From a virus (lineage: Duplodnaviria; Caudoviricetes), in IMG/VR virus record IMGVR_UViG_3300025838_000023, positions 42,783 through 106,782 of that record: DNA of 64,000 nucleotides. The stretch is one strand, 5' to 3'. Numbering within the stretch: the first letter of the stretch is position 1; the number at the start of each line of letters is the position of its first letter. This document shows positions 49,252 to 59,717 of this stretch, one piece after another. The position numbers were made by a program, and so were the translations under genes. The notes under the pieces were generated by a model. The model saw nothing but the letters and a program-made list of their open reading frames with translations, was not told the DNA's origin and made no database searches.

Positions 49252-51074
49252 TTATAATTCGTTTAATGATAGGAGAAAATGTGCGAATAATTTAGCTCGA
49301 TTTTTCATTGTATCAGGACAATTATCATCAAAGAACTCGGCAAAAATAATACTTCCATGATTATCATTAACTACCACGCCATGTTCATTGCATTGTTCTA
49401 AATACCAAGGTTGTGGAGCATAATACCTATAATTTTTTAGATTTTCTTTAATATTTTCCATATTATGCTTTCAGTTCATTCACATTATAATTTTTATTTT
49501 CAAATCCTTCTATATATTGAAGTTTTAGTATGTTATATTCTTCATCTTTAATAACATCGATACAATCATCCCAATATTTCTCTTCTTTGTCATTAATAGA
49601 ACTACCAATAGAATCAAAATCTTTTCTTATCAATTTAGGATTTTCATCAAAAAATTTATCCATATAATCAACAATAAATGGAGTTAGTTGTATTGACAAT
49701 AAATCATTTATTTTTTTACCTATGTATTTATTAAAATGATTTCTTTTTATATCAATACCACATTTAACATGTTCTGATATACATTGGTTTGCCTGTTCTT
49801 TAAACCTGTCGCTTCCTTCTAATATTAAATCCGTTACATCTTCAACTTCCCAACAAATAGATTCAAGTGATAATCCTTTTAATTCTAGTTTCCACCCTTC
49901 TCTAACTTCTTTCATTCCAACAACATCATAATAAGGGGCTTTAGATTCATCTCGTATTAAAACCTGCAAACTAATACCATCATAATATGCAGGAAGTTTA
50001 TCTACAAAATATATATCACCTCCAGCACAGTTCACTTCAATTTCTCCTGTTGGATCAAGTTCTTGTAATTGTCGTATTAATTCTTTAGATTTCATGCCAT
50101 CATCGTTCCTTTTGTTTTAATAACCATTCCATCTTTCACGATAGCTACCCCTGCTGATCCACAAAGTATTCCAAGATCATCCCAAGTATATAATTCTTCA
50201 CCTTCTTTTAGTTCGATTTTAGTATTACCAATAATTCTCCGTTGATGTTCTGAATCAGGAGAATATGGTATTAAATTGCCTCCTGCTTTTGAAATTGGAT
50301 AAGGAGATTTCTCAATAAAAAATCCAGATTCTTCTTTTCTATACGTATCATAAATTACAAATTGCCCATATGTTGCTTTCCATGACACCCAAATATCATC
50401 TACAATTTTCTCATGAGAATGTCGAAGTTCCATATACTCTTTATTTGGTTTAGGAATAGGAGCACCAATTTTCTCTTCCAATTGTTCTATCTGATAAAGA
50501 AGAGTTTTAGCACTATCAATTGCTGCATCTTCTGTTGACCCCATACCTAAAACACCTAAATGTTTAAAATAAGGGCGGAAAATAACACATCTCACAAAAG
50601 GACCATAGGCATCATCATAATCCATAAGAATACGATATCGATTTTTATCACTACGTTTTGCGCCAGTTCCATGTTGCCATAGTTTATCTATTTGTTCATT
50701 CATAATTTTTTATTTCCAATTAAAAGAGGAACCATATCTAATAAACAAGAACGGAAATCCTCATCAGTTTCCACTTCTCTTCCATTCCAATAAATATTAC
50801 CATCTTTATTAATTCTAATAATCTCTTTATTTTCAACTACTATAAGGAGAGGAACGAAATTATTAAGAGTATCATCTACAACAACGAAAGCTTCTTTTTT
50901 CCCCATTAGTTTCTTAATATTATTTGATTGTTCTAAAATTTTCAACGCTTCGTCTTCGTCCACTTCCCAAACCCCTCCACTAAATTGTCCACCACCAGAA
51001 AATCTTGGAGGATTTGAATCAGGGATTAAAAAATATCCAATCTTTTCTAATTGTTCTATATCAGTTTGGTTCAT
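49252..51074 (-). other. four hypothetical ORFs (49252, 49463, 50092, 50700)
   Basis: coupled start/stop codons. Confidence 0.7.
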
Positions 51075-52009
51075 ATAATATTGTAATCACATTTTAATAA
51101 CGACTTTAATTCTTTCCCACCACTATATGAGATACTAGACTGAAGTGCCATAGTGATTTCATCGATTCTTTCTTCCACAGTAACGCCAGAATCCATAACT
51201 AATGAAATTCCTTCGATGTGTCTATTTTCTTTCTTAACTGCAAATGATGTTGAGCCATTATATTGTTTCTTGCCGTTTACTATTTCTGCTGGAGAGTTTA
51301 TACATTCGGCAAACAGACCACCCGCCATTATCATTGTGGCACCTGCATTGATAGCTTTGGCAATATCCCCCATATACTTCACACCACCATCAGCAATAAC
51401 AGGAATTTGTATATCCGAATCACAAATATCTTTAATGCAAGTATACATAGGAACATGAAATCCAGTTTGATATCTCGTACTACAAATTTTTCCTCCTCCA
51501 ATTCCTGCCTTAACACAAGATGCTCCCCATATTTCCAAAGATTTTGCGGCTTCTGCTGTCGCTACATTTCCTGCAATAATTTTGGTGTTTGGAAATTTGT
51601 TTTTTATCCATTCAATTTGTTTCCACACCTTTAGATGAAAGCCGTGTGCCACATCGATTGTAATAACATCTATATTATATCCGTCAATAGATATTTTTTC
51701 TAATGATTGTTTACTAACATCATTTACTCCAGTGCTAATGCTCGCAAGTTTCCAATTTTCTTCATTTGCACGTTTAACAAATTCATGATTATCTACATCA
51801 AATCTATGCATGATATAGAAAAGATCATTCTCACTAAACCATTTTGCTAATGTGGGATTAATTACATCCTTCATATTAGCAGGGATGATAGGAAGTTTGA
51901 ATTTTCTTCCTAAAAAATCTACGCTAGTATCTGCTAATGATCGAGAAGATAAATCAGAATAATCTGGTATTAAAAGAACGTTATCATATGCTAAAGCTTT
52001 TGTTTTCAT
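51071..52009 (-). CDS. guaC: GMP reductase (IMPDH/GMPR family)
   Basis: IPANM, IDVAHG, IAGNVAT, GIGGGKICSTR..TGF, IADGG, LQSSISYSG. Confidence 0.9.
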   Translation of the reverse strand: MKTKALAYDNVLLIPDYSDLSSRSLADTSVDFLGRKFKLPIIPANMKDVINPTLAKWFSENDLFYIMHRFDVDNHEFVKRANEENWKLASISTGVNDVSKQSLEKISIDGYNIDVITIDVAHGFHLKVWKQIEWIKNKFPNTKIIAGNVATAEAAKSLEIWGASCVKAGIGGGKICSTRYQTGFHVPMYTCIKDICDSDIQIPVIADGGVKYMGDIAKAINAGATMIMAGGLFAECINSPAEIVNGKKQYNGSTSFAVKKENRHIEGISLVMDSGVTVEERIDEITMALQSSISYSGGKELKSLLKCDYNII

Positions 52010-52435
52010 ATTATTTCAAATCAGTAAATTCTACAGGCATTTTATTTCCTTTTTTATGTCCCGTCAAGATTTTAATTTGAACCCAACCTTTTACGGTAAG
52101 TTCTTTTACGATTTCAACTTCTTGTTTATTATAAGTGTATTTTTTTGACATATTAATAGATTTTAACAAATGTTCCTTCATCCAGAGATTTTCTTATGTA
52201 CCGCATTAGGAATATCGCACGTTCTTGAGCATTAAAAGTTGCATTTCCGATATCACTAATTGGAACAGGAAATTGATAGATGGAATTTAAATAGTTCACA
52301 GTATAATACAAAATGCTTTCTCTATAATGAGAGAAAACTACAGTATTATCTTTGATGATATCTTTAATATTTGGTTTCATTGTTAAATTCTATTATAATT
52401 TTTATGTTTTGTCAACTCTTTTATCCAATTCCCAA

Positions 52436-53894
52436 TCTAATAAAACTCAATACATAATACAGCATTTTTAAGATAAATCAAGAAAATTATTACACAATCA
52501 AATTTATTTTAAAAATGATTCATTTTATCTCTAGTTTTTAATACAAATTAGGTTAAATATAAATGGATGTAATAATCCATAGATGATAACAATTAAAGCA
52601 AAGATAAAAAACGAAATACATATTGAAGACTATATACGTCAATTCAATAATGTAAAGAGATTTGCTTTTAATAGATTCTTAGAAGAAAAATCACTATCAG
52701 AAGTATATCATCTTTCTTGTAAAACTCTAAATAACTGTGACTTGTTAGATGCATCATTCAGAGAATCTGCTGTATTCAAAGCTAAAGAATTATATGATAC
52801 AGGTAATCATAAAGTTATCTTCGGAGGAAGAAACAATTTCAATAAACTAAAATATAAGAAAGAGTCTGCTTTGCCACTTAAAAAAAATGTATGGCTTTAT
52901 TCTCAAGGAAGATCAAATTTTAAAGGAAATAGAAAGTTTAATTTCGATTTAACGAATAATAAGATTACATTTAAACCCGAAAGAGGTATTAAAATAGATA
53001 TAGAATTTGAGAATGTATCAAAGAATGAAAGAAAGTTATTAGATGAAGCACAGTTCTTAGCTCAACAAAAGCAATGTCCAATATCAGTTTCATTATCGCA
53101 AGAATACGTTTTATTTTCTATAGATGAAACAATAATAAAACAAAATAGAACTAAAATAATTAAAAATAGAATATTATCTTTAGATTCAAATCCAGAAAAC
53201 ATAGGAATTAGCATTATTGACTGGAAAACACCAACTACCAAAACAATCATACATAAAGAAGTTATTGATTTAAGCGAATTAAGAAATACAAAAACTACTA
53301 AGAAACACTATGAATTACTATCAGTAGCTCAAAGAATCTCTAAATTGGCTAAACATTATAACTGTGAATTAGTAGCTTTTGAAAAACTAAATATCAAACC
53401 AAAAGATAATAAAAAAGGTAAACTCTATAACAGAATGGTTAATAATAACTGGAATAGAAATCTTTTCTTTAATAACCTAATTAAATGGTGTAATATTTAT
53501 GATATTAAAACTCAAGAAATAGAACCAGCGTATTCTTCTTTCATAGGTCAAATGATGAATTCAGAAGAACCTGATATGATTGCTGCTTCTATTGAATTAT
53601 CTCGTAGAGCTTATTTGTTCTATAATACTTTTATAACAAAACAATTTTTACCATTTAAAGATGGTAAAAAAATGGATATAGTTTATCCTGAATTCGATCT
53701 TAATGTGCTACCTACTCGTTGGAAGAAAATGGTAGAATCAAATACTAAGATTGATTCATGGAAGAAGCTGTATACCAAATTAAAGAAATCTGAATTGAGT
53801 TACAGATTTCCTTTTAAATCTTGGAAACAAGATAAAAAGTCTTTAAGTCATATATCTAGAAAATCAAAGATTCTTCTATATTTATGATAACTCT
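52436..53894 (+). mobile_element. tnpB-only IS607-like element, family A copy 1
   Basis: TCT core at both ends; excision extends ORF 53882..54100 to ...YFVVDWELDKRVDKT*. Confidence 0.85.
52583..53887 (+). CDS. tnpB: TnpB (no zinc ribbon)
   Basis: LSLDSNP, VAFEKL, PAYSS, PDMIAASIEL. Confidence 0.85.
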   Translation: MITIKAKIKNEIHIEDYIRQFNNVKRFAFNRFLEEKSLSEVYHLSCKTLNNCDLLDASFRESAVFKAKELYDTGNHKVIFGGRNNFNKLKYKKESALPLKKNVWLYSQGRSNFKGNRKFNFDLTNNKITFKPERGIKIDIEFENVSKNERKLLDEAQFLAQQKQCPISVSLSQEYVLFSIDETIIKQNRTKIIKNRILSLDSNPENIGISIIDWKTPTTKTIIHKEVIDLSELRNTKTTKKHYELLSVAQRISKLAKHYNCELVAFEKLNIKPKDNKKGKLYNRMVNNNWNRNLFFNNLIKWCNIYDIKTQEIEPAYSSFIGQMMNSEEPDMIAASIELSRRAYLFYNTFITKQFLPFKDGKKMDIVYPEFDLNVLPTRWKKMVESNTKIDSWKKLYTKLKKSELSYRFPFKSWKQDKKSLSHISRKSKILLYL

Positions 53895-54345
53895 ACAACG
53901 AAATAATTGTTATCCCAAAGTTGATCCATATCTTCGTCACGGTGAATTAATCGCAAATTACATCCATAGTGTGTTTCCAAGAATTTTTGTATTTCTTGAT
54001 CATGTTTTTTCAAATAAGCATGAGTGCAGGAAGGATTTGATACCATTACATCACATGCTTCTTTATGTTTATCACAAACCGCTTTATACCAAGTTTTCAT
54101 ACATTCAAAAACCTTTGTTGTTGTTCTTTTAAAAATTCAGCAATAAGTTCTCTTTGTGGGATATTAAATTCCTTAATAACGCTATCAGGAATAGCTTTCA
54201 AAAATCTCCCTATGTTATTGATACCTACTAATGTTGCATACGCTCTAGTTCCTGCTTGTTCGCTCATTATAGCATTAGTTATATCTTCTAAAGATATATC
54301 AACTTCCAATTCATGATCCGCAGTAACTACTTTATATATTTTCAT
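53882..54345 (-). other. two small hypothetical ORFs; 53882..54100 is truncated by the IS insertion
   Basis: ORF track plus reconstructed empty site. Confidence 0.6.
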
Positions 54346-55184
54346 AATTTTCTTCTAGGTTGTCGTTTTAATACCATACCATATTCGTTATTAATATCAA
54401 GTAATGTAACGCCTTTTTTCAGTATTAATTTATTTTTCTTAAATTGTTTATAATCAACTTGGTGGTGCCATCTTTTAAATTTCCAAACTACCTTAGTAAC
54501 ATCAGGATGAAGTTCTACTAATGCTTCCGCCATTTTTTTGCGTCCATCATCCGCATATAATTCATCCGTATTACCACCTTTCATTCTCATTGTAGTAACT
54601 TTTCCAGCTAAAAACGCATTAAACAGTATAGTGCAATATCCATCTTTCAATACTCTTAAAGATAAATCCGTATCTTCATTATATCTACCTCTCCAACGAT
54701 ACGGCAGATCATTTTTAATTAATATACATGAATATATTCGAGTGTTTAAATAAAATGGTGGCACTTTATCTGTCGTTTTACAAAAAGAATAATAATTAAA
54801 TCCTGCTAACGGAACATTTTCATATCTATCAACAAAATCTTCTGCTGCACGAAATATAGCACCAGTTTCTACTTCTGGTTTCATGTTTCTATTAAGCCGA
54901 TTAAATGCTTCGATATTATCATCTAAAATCCAATGTCTTTCTGCACCAATAGAAATAGAATGCTCCCATATCCAATTTCTGGCGGGAATTGAACCTTGTC
55001 CTAACTCACTGAAAGGTAAAACAAGAATTTTTTCAGGGTCAATTACTTTAACATATTCGTCATATTCTTGTGGTTCAATAACAATATGATATGGAACTTG
55101 CATCCTTTCTAATGCTTTAGAAGTTAGCCTAGATTTCCATCGCCCCTTCGAGACTATATAAATGGGATATCTATTCAGCATCAA
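54342..55184 (-). CDS. GT-A fold glycosyltransferase (GREB1-like / phage DNA base-modification type)
   Basis: PIYIVSKGR, ARNWIWEH, HWILDDNI, RIYSC, YNEDTD, KGGNT. Confidence 0.7.
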   Translation of the reverse strand: MMLNRYPIYIVSKGRWKSRLTSKALERMQVPYHIVIEPQEYDEYVKVIDPEKILVLPFSELGQGSIPARNWIWEHSISIGAERHWILDDNIEAFNRLNRNMKPEVETGAIFRAAEDFVDRYENVPLAGFNYYSFCKTTDKVPPFYLNTRIYSCILIKNDLPYRWRGRYNEDTDLSLRVLKDGYCTILFNAFLAGKVTTMRMKGGNTDELYADDGRKKMAEALVELHPDVTKVVWKFKRWHHQVDYKQFKKNKLILKKGVTLLDINNEYGMVLKRQPRRKL

Positions 55185-55404
55185 TATATCGTTTTCCAGT
55201 ATTAATTCCTCTAACTAATGCAGGATACCAAATACTTTTTGTTTTTTCATTAATCTTTTGTCCAATTAATGTAGCAAAATTATCAACATCTTCTTGAGAA
55301 TTGAATCTCACTGTCAATTTTTTAAACGGTTCTTGTTTTTCTTGTATGAACTCTGGCATTTCTTTCCAATGTTCTATATTTTCAGCATTTGAATTACCTT
55401 TCAT
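55171..55404 (-). CDS. small partner protein of the glycosyltransferase
   Basis: W.EMPEF.Q...VRF...D...F...IGQ.I..KTKSIWYP. Confidence 0.6.
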   Translation of the reverse strand: MKGNSNAENIEHWKEMPEFIQEKQEPFKKLTVRFNSQEDVDNFATLIGQKINEKTKSIWYPALVRGINTGKRYIDAE

Positions 55405-55674
55405 AAATATATTTCTTCGGCATATCGATTCCAAAAACTTCTTTAACTTCTGCTAATATATCTTCGTCCGTATGTTCTCCTTTTAATATTTCTTTGAAAT
55501 TATCATTAATAATATCTTCTAAGAATTTTTCTAGTCCTTCATGAGATTTTAAATATATTTTTCTATCATTTTTTGCTTTGTTTATTTTCTTCTTACCACC
55601 TTCAAATTTATACCACATTACTTTATTTGCACTTTTATATGATTTATATCCATATCCTTGTGCATCATCAATAA

Positions 55675-57133
55675 TCTAATAAAACTTAATACATAATACA
55701 GCATTTTTAAGATAAATCAAGAAAAGTATTTTAAAAACAAATTTATTTTTAAAATATCTCATTTTATCTCTAGTTTTTCATACAAATTAGGTTAAATATA
55801 AATGGATGTAATAATCCATAGATGATAACTATAAAAGCAAAGATAAAGAATGAAATACATATTGAAGATTATGTTCGACAATTCAATAATGTAAAGAGAT
55901 TTGCTTTTAATAGATTCTTAGAAGAAAAATCACTATCAGAAGTATATCATCTTTCATGCAGAACTCTAAATAACTGTGACTTGTTAGATGCATCATTTAG
56001 AGAATCTGCTGTATTTAAAGCTAAAGAATTATATGATACAGGTAATCATAAAGTTATATTCGGTGGAAGAAACAATTTCAATAAACTAAAATATAAGAAA
56101 GAGTCTGCTTTGCCACTCAAAAAGAATGTATGGCTTTATTCTCAAGGAAGATCAAATTTTAAAGGAAATAGAAAGTTTAATTTCGATTTATATAACAATA
56201 AGATTACATTTAAACCTGAAAGAGGAATTAAAATAGATATAGAATTTGAAAATGTATCTAAAAACGAAAGGAAGTTATTAGATAAAGCACAGTTCTTATC
56301 ACAACAAAAGCAATGTCCAATATCAGTTTCATTATCACAAGAATGTATACTGTTTTCTATAGATGAAACAATAATTAAAACGCCAAGAACTAAAATAATA
56401 AAAAATAGAATATTATCTTTAGATTCAAATCCTGAAAATATAGGAATCAGCATTATTGACTGGAAAACACCAACTACTAAAACAACTATACATAAAGAAG
56501 TTATTGATCTACAGGAACTTCGGAATGCAAAAACTACTAAGAAACACTATGAACTTCTATCAGTAGCTCAAAGAATCTCTAAATTGGCAAAGCATTATAA
56601 CTGTGAATTAGTAGCATTCGAAAAACTAAATATCAAACCAAAAGATAATAAAAAAGGTAAACTCTATAACAGAATGATTAATAATAACTGGAATAGAACT
56701 CTCTTCTTTAATAATCTAATTAAATGGTGCAATATTCATGATATTAAAACTCAAGAAATAGAACCAGCTTATTCTTCTTTCATAGGTCAAATGATGAATG
56801 AAAATGAACCTGATATGATAGCGGCTTCTATAGAGTTATCTCGTAGAGCTTACTTGTTCTATAATACTTTTGTAACAAAACAATTTTTACCATTTAAAGA
56901 TGGTAAGAAAATGGATATAGTTTATCCTGAATTCGATCTTAATGTGCTACCTACTCGTTGGAAGAAAATGGTAGAATCAAATACTAAGATTGATTCATGG
57001 AAGAAATTATATACCAAATTAAAGAAATCTGAATTGAGTTATAGATTTCCTTTTAAATCTTGGAAACAAGATAAAAAGTCTTTAAGTCATATATCTAGAA
57101 AATCAAAGATTCTTCTATATTTATGCTAACTCT
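55675..57133 (+). mobile_element. tnpB-only IS607-like element, family A copy 2
   Basis: same ends and length as 52436..53894; TCT core. Confidence 0.85.
55822..57129 (+). CDS. tnpB: TnpB, close paralog of 52583..53887
   Basis: near-identical protein; RuvC residues intact. Confidence 0.85.
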   Translation: MITIKAKIKNEIHIEDYVRQFNNVKRFAFNRFLEEKSLSEVYHLSCRTLNNCDLLDASFRESAVFKAKELYDTGNHKVIFGGRNNFNKLKYKKESALPLKKNVWLYSQGRSNFKGNRKFNFDLYNNKITFKPERGIKIDIEFENVSKNERKLLDKAQFLSQQKQCPISVSLSQECILFSIDETIIKTPRTKIIKNRILSLDSNPENIGISIIDWKTPTTKTTIHKEVIDLQELRNAKTTKKHYELLSVAQRISKLAKHYNCELVAFEKLNIKPKDNKKGKLYNRMINNNWNRTLFFNNLIKWCNIHDIKTQEIEPAYSSFIGQMMNENEPDMIAASIELSRRAYLFYNTFVTKQFLPFKDGKKMDIVYPEFDLNVLPTRWKKMVESNTKIDSWKKLYTKLKKSELSYRFPFKSWKQDKKSLSHISRKSKILLYLC

Positions 57134-57218
57134 ACAATAGCATACCGTTTTTCGTTAACTATACTAGGCAAACAATTTACGTTTTGTTTTTCGTAGGATA
57201 TTATTTTCATATCATTTA

Positions 57219-57452
57219 TTAATCAATGTTAACATCTCTTTCCGAAACATTAGCGAGAATTTCTTCGTCCGTTGATTCACCAGAAAGAATTGCTGCAATT
57301 TCCTTTTCAATTCTTTTTGCTTCTTCACCAAATGCCTTACTTACTGACTTCTTTTTACTCTTAATAGCAGCCAAATCCTCGTTCAATCGAAGAATTTTAA
57401 ATGCCTTTTCAGTTTCTGTTGTATCTCTGTTTGTATTTGCGTTTGTTGTCAT
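57219..57452 (-). CDS. hypothetical protein
   Basis: start MTTNAN. Confidence 0.6.
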   Translation of the reverse strand: MTTNANTNRDTTETEKAFKILRLNEDLAAIKSKKKSVSKAFGEEAKRIEKEIAAILSGESTDEEILANVSERDVNID

Positions 57453-57517
57453 AATTTGAGATAATATTACACTATATTTTCCGGTTGTCAATTTTTCGGA
57501 AGAAGATAAATAAAATT

Positions 57518-57811
57518 GTGGCAAATAATCGCAAAGCTCAGAAGAAATTAAACTTATCGGGAAATGGTATTTGTGAGATTTGCAAAGAACATCAATTTTT
57601 AGTAGAACATCATATAAGAGGAAGAAAAATTAAAAACCCGCATGCTCAATCAAACATTGCTAATATTTGCGAAAATTGCCACAAAAAGGTTCATCATGGA
57701 ATAATTGTTATCGAAAATCGACACCTAACAACGAACGGATATGTTTTAATTTGGCATTACTACAAGGATGAATCGATCACAAATAATAATGCCAAACCAT
57801 ATCTATACTAA
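57518..57811 (+). CDS. small HNH endonuclease
   Basis: CEIC...EHHI...NIANICENCHKKVH; GTG start after TAAATA. Confidence 0.75.
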   Translation: MANNRKAQKKLNLSGNGICEICKEHQFLVEHHIRGRKIKNPHAQSNIANICENCHKKVHHGIIVIENRHLTTNGYVLIWHYYKDESITNNNAKPYLY

Positions 57812-58552
57812 AAGAGATTCAAGATAATCATTCACTTTAATTGTTGAAAATACCCCATCTTCAATAATTCCATGATAATTTCCTGAACAATCAATACAAT
57901 GCGATTCTCCAAGCGCATGTTTTTTGTTTGGAACATACTCTGAACGTGGAAGTTTGTCCGGGGTATGTCCAACAATTTGCTTGAAGTTTGGAATAGGTTT
58001 TAATTCTGTGCTCCAATGCGCCCAAGTAATGCCTCCAATCGGTTGTCTTCCTCCACGGTATCTTCCTGCACACAAAACAGGATCATAAACTTCCATTTCC
58101 GCATTTTTTAAAGCGCGATCACACATATTTAAAATATGTTCTTCATTCATACCAAGAACTGGATGCTCAAAAACATATTTCGTGATTCCAGCATGAGAAA
58201 GCCAAAATCCTTGTGTTTTGTGTATCAATTTGAACTTTTTCCAATCTTCTTTTGTCAAAACTTCATTAATTACTTCACATTTCTCTGGTGAAAATCCTGA
58301 ACACCACAAACTTCCATTATTAGGAAACATATATGCCAGATCATGATTCCCAGGAATGAAAATATATTTAGGATTATGTAGAATAGACTTTAACCATAGA
58401 GCAGTATTTCTATTACTATCTATGGAATCGTTAAAATCATCGAAGTGATCCCCTAAAAATACAATTTCATCATAATCTTTTCCAAATTTATCTAAAAATA
58501 CAGAAATAGGTTCAAAATGTGTGTGGATATCCGCGATTAGTAAAGTTTTCAT
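57803..58552 (-). CDS. calcineurin-like metallophosphoesterase
   Basis: ADIH, LGD.FD, GNHD, SHAG, VGHT. Confidence 0.9.
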   Translation of the reverse strand: MKTLLIADIHTHFEPISVFLDKFGKDYDEIVFLGDHFDDFNDSIDSNRNTALWLKSILHNPKYIFIPGNHDLAYMFPNNGSLWCSGFSPEKCEVINEVLTKEDWKKFKLIHKTQGFWLSHAGITKYVFEHPVLGMNEEHILNMCDRALKNAEMEVYDPVLCAGRYRGGRQPIGGITWAHWSTELKPIPNFKQIVGHTPDKLPRSEYVPNKKHALGESHCIDCSGNYHGIIEDGVFSTIKVNDYLESLLV

Positions 58553-58764
58553 GCTTGTATATTACTAAAAATCCCACGAATGTCAACATAAATTCCCCCA
58601 TTTATCGACAGGAATCGAAGAATCCACTCTAAAATCTACTGGAACGCAACATTCTCCGCAATTTGAGCACGATTCATTACTTGGAGAATAACAATCTCTA
58701 CATTTTTCTTCCTATTCTTTGCCACAATCATCACATTTAAAAATTCTCCATCCTTGTCGAGATT

Positions 58765-59256
58765 TTAGGTCCATAGATATCCTCTTAATTCGATTAATTC
58801 TTTATAATAGAACGTATTATGATCAAATATATATTTTTCGTAATACCAATATTGTTCATCGTTATTAGAATCTAGGAATTCATCCGATAATTTTTTATAT
58901 TTGGCTCGTTCTCTTGTGACCCAATAATAAACATCTCTTAAACGTAGAAAATCATCATAACGATCTTCTTTATAACTAATAAATATATCTTTTCCTCCCC
59001 ATCTTTTTTTATATTCTTCGTCAGTTAAGTTTTCAGAAGCTTCAATATCTTTAATTTGATCAAATAGTCCATTTTCGTCTTCAACAAAGGAAACAATAGC
59101 AGCATCCAAGAATTTTTCCATAATTCCGTCTATATCTTCCCATGTTTTAGGGACAACTTTACGTAATTCTTGATGTTGTGGAAAAATCTCACATTTAACC
59201 TTATACCAAAAATTCGAAACCTTATATTTGATGTAACTTGCAATAATCATGATCAA
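58765..59256 (-). CDS. hypothetical protein
   Basis: conserved-looking LIELRGYLWT end. Confidence 0.7.
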   Translation of the reverse strand: MIMIIASYIKYKVSNFWYKVKCEIFPQHQELRKVVPKTWEDIDGIMEKFLDAAIVSFVEDENGLFDQIKDIEASENLTDEEYKKRWGGKDIFISYKEDRYDDFLRLRDVYYWVTRERAKYKKLSDEFLDSNNDEQYWYYEKYIFDHNTFYYKELIELRGYLWT

Positions 59257-59293
59257 GTTATATCACAAAAATGAAACTTTGCAAGAAAATTAT

Positions 59294-59668
59294 TTATTTT
59301 TGTGGAGGATTTGTAGATAACGAAGGAACAGAAGTATCACCATTCACTATTTTATTGAATTCCACCATTGTTTTATCACCAATCCATCCATCAACCTTCA
59401 AATCCGAACCAGTTTTATTAAGAGCAGTCTGGATATCTTTTGCATATTGAGTTAACCAATGATTTGTAACATAATTTACTAATACCATCAATAACCCCCA
59501 AATTGTTGTCACTATCATCGCTTGGTTTGAAGGATCAATCAAAAATGGAGCTAAAAATGGAACGGATGCAGAAATTTTCATAACTGCTGCTGCAACTAAA
59601 ATCGTAATAAATCCAATTAATTTACCACCCAATTTGCTTACTAAAAATTGTATAAGAGCATCATTCAT
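59294..59668 (-). CDS. membrane protein, possible holin, with a peptidoglycan-binding-like C-terminus
   Basis: two hydrophobic helices; IQTALN..G.DLKVDGWIG.KT. Confidence 0.5.
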   Translation of the reverse strand: MNDALIQFLVSKLGGKLIGFITILVAAAVMKISASVPFLAPFLIDPSNQAMIVTTIWGLLMVLVNYVTNHWLTQYAKDIQTALNKTGSDLKVDGWIGDKTMVEFNKIVNGDTSVPSLSTNPPQK

Positions 59669-59717
59669 ATGAAAATACTTAACTAGAATTGTTGAATTTT
59701 TTCGTTAAATAACTGAT

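Larger units (their letters stand above)
55394..57210 (-). pseudogene. gene split by the second family A element (N part MKIISYE...RYAIV; C part IIDDAQGYGYKS...MWYKF)
   Basis: both halves read as one plausible protein, but clean excision at the core leaves a frameshift. Confidence 0.5.

Noticed and set aside
52583-57129. Cas12f/Cas14 or nuclease-dead TnpB regulator
   Set aside because: No CRISPR array nearby; IS-like ends are present and the RuvC D/E/D residues appear intact.
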